Shown here: positions 63,174-64,000 of the stretch, piece by piece
Layout of the letters: every line of letters starts with the position of its first letter
How positions within the stretch are numbered: position 1 is the first letter of the stretch
Source of the DNA: Bryobacteraceae bacterium
GTDB taxonomy: Bacteria; Acidobacteriota; Terriglobia; Bryobacterales; Bryobacteraceae
Assembly (NCBI GenBank): GCA_035632375.1
Contig: DASQGY010000037.1
Location: forward strand, 5,610 to 69,609
Direction of reading: 5' to 3'
Length of the DNA stretch: 64,000 bases
Position numbers and translations under genes: made by a program
Notes under the pieces: generated by a model
Told to the model about the DNA's origin: nothing
Database searches by the model: none
Seen by the model: only the letters and a program-made list of their open reading frames with translations

Positions 63174-64000
63174 ATGAATCATTCTCATTCGCACGACGAT
63201 GCGAAGTCGCGCATCCTGTCCGTTCCCACGCGGCCGTTCGATCCCGTTGGCGCAACCAGCGCTTCTGAAATCCTGACGCGCATGCAGGGCACCGCTTTTC
63301 AGGGCAAGCAGCTTGGCTTGGCGTTTGAAGTTTGGAAGAACATGCTGGGCGACAAGTGCACCATCATGATGGGCATGTCCGGCGCCATGGTTCCGGCGGG
63401 AATGCGGCGGCTGGTGGTACGGATGATTGAGAACCGGCTGATCGATTGCCTGGTTTCCACCGGTGCGAATTTCTTTCACGATTTTCACGAGACCATGGGG
63501 CTCTATCATTACCAGGGCTCGCACACCACCGATGATGTGCTGCTCGCCGAGAATCTGATCGACCGCATGTACGACGTGCTGGCCGACGAGGAAAAATTCC
63601 GGGAGCACGATCAATGGATCGGGAAGTTCGCCGGATCGCTGGATCAAACGCGGCCGTACACCACGCGCGAGTTTCTCCACTTGCTGGGTCTGGAACTGGG
63701 CAAGCACTGCAAGGAGGACGGAATCGTTTCTGCGGCGGCGAAGGCGGGGATTCCGCTGTATTGCCCGGCAGTGGCCGACAGCTCCATTGGCATCGGGATC
63801 GCCGCGAACCGCTATGAGGGCGGGAACAAATTCACTTTCGACGTCATCGGCGATGTGGTGGAGACGGCGCGCATCGTGGCGGAGTCGCACGCCACCGGCG
63901 TCATTTATTTCGGTGGCGGCACTCCAAAGAATTTCGTGCAGCAGACCGAAGTGACGGCCATCATCATGAACACCGGCGTCACCGGGCACAAGTACGCGGT
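63174..64000 (+). CDS. Deoxyhypusine synthase-like protein (N-terminal ~275 aa; runs off the right edge)
   Basis: Absent from the track because there is no stop in the window. My translation from the ATG at 63174 reads MNHSHSHDDAKSRILSVPTRPFDP...TIMMGMSGAMVPAGMRRLVVRMIENRLIDCLVSTGANFFHDFHE...LYCPAVADSSIGIGIA...IYFGGGTPKNFVQQ, which is the DHS family pattern. The 274-aa minus-strand track ORF 63165..63989 is its antisense shadow. Confidence 0.8.
   Translation, partial: MNHSHSHDDAKSRILSVPTRPFDPVGATSASEILTRMQGTAFQGKQLGLAFEVWKNMLGDKCTIMMGMSGAMVPAGMRRLVVRMIENRLIDCLVSTGANFFHDFHETMGLYHYQGSHTTDDVLLAENLIDRMYDVLADEEKFREHDQWIGKFAGSLDQTRPYTTREFLHLLGLELGKHCKEDGIVSAAAKAGIPLYCPAVADSSIGIGIAANRYEGGNKFTFDVIGDVVETARIVAESHATGVIYFGGGTPKNFVQQTEVTAIIMNTGVTGHKYA

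Overview
High-GC chromosomal segment, almost certainly from an Acidobacteriota genome. The hallmarks are an ADOP-type duplicated FtsX permease, a GWxTD protein, a CarboxypepD_reg beta-barrel protein, an HTH-TolB_N-TPR regulator and many secreted peptidases. I count roughly 60 protein-coding genes and found no rRNA, tRNA or CRISPR array. Housekeeping blocks: ggt; asnS; rocF-ddl-ctpA-methyltransferase; dprA-topA; ku; and the glycine-cleavage operon gcvT-gcvH-gcvPA-gcvPB. Observations most worth a second look: (1) A ~1 kb cassette of two overlapping stand-alone TIR-domain genes (16.1-17.1 kb), bracketed by direct repeats that duplicate the 3' end of the neighbouring MBL-hydrolase gene. This is a candidate mobile TIR-TIR defence or toxin module with no recognisable effector. 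(2) A 2505-bp IS1595-family element (57382-59886) with 25-bp inverted repeats and an exact 8-bp target duplication. It splits a TPR-like gene and carries about 1.5 kb of cargo, including a 303-aa protein with an Rx4H (HEPN-like) motif and small ORFs. (3) An AhpE-like peroxiredoxin whose peroxidatic Cys codon is an in-frame TGA followed by a SECIS-like hairpin, making it a likely selenoprotein. (4) A tandem pair of zinc-ribbon/AIM24 paralogues next to a solitary ku. (5) A LOG-Nudix fusion. (6) Two families of intergenic repeats: arrays of short tetraloop hairpins, and a 103-bp palindromic MITE-like element. (7) Single-site frameshifts in gcvT and in a DoxX gene. Many long ORFs in the supplied track are antisense shadow ORFs typical of high-GC DNA and were not called. 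All functional calls rest on motif recognition by eye; no database search was run.
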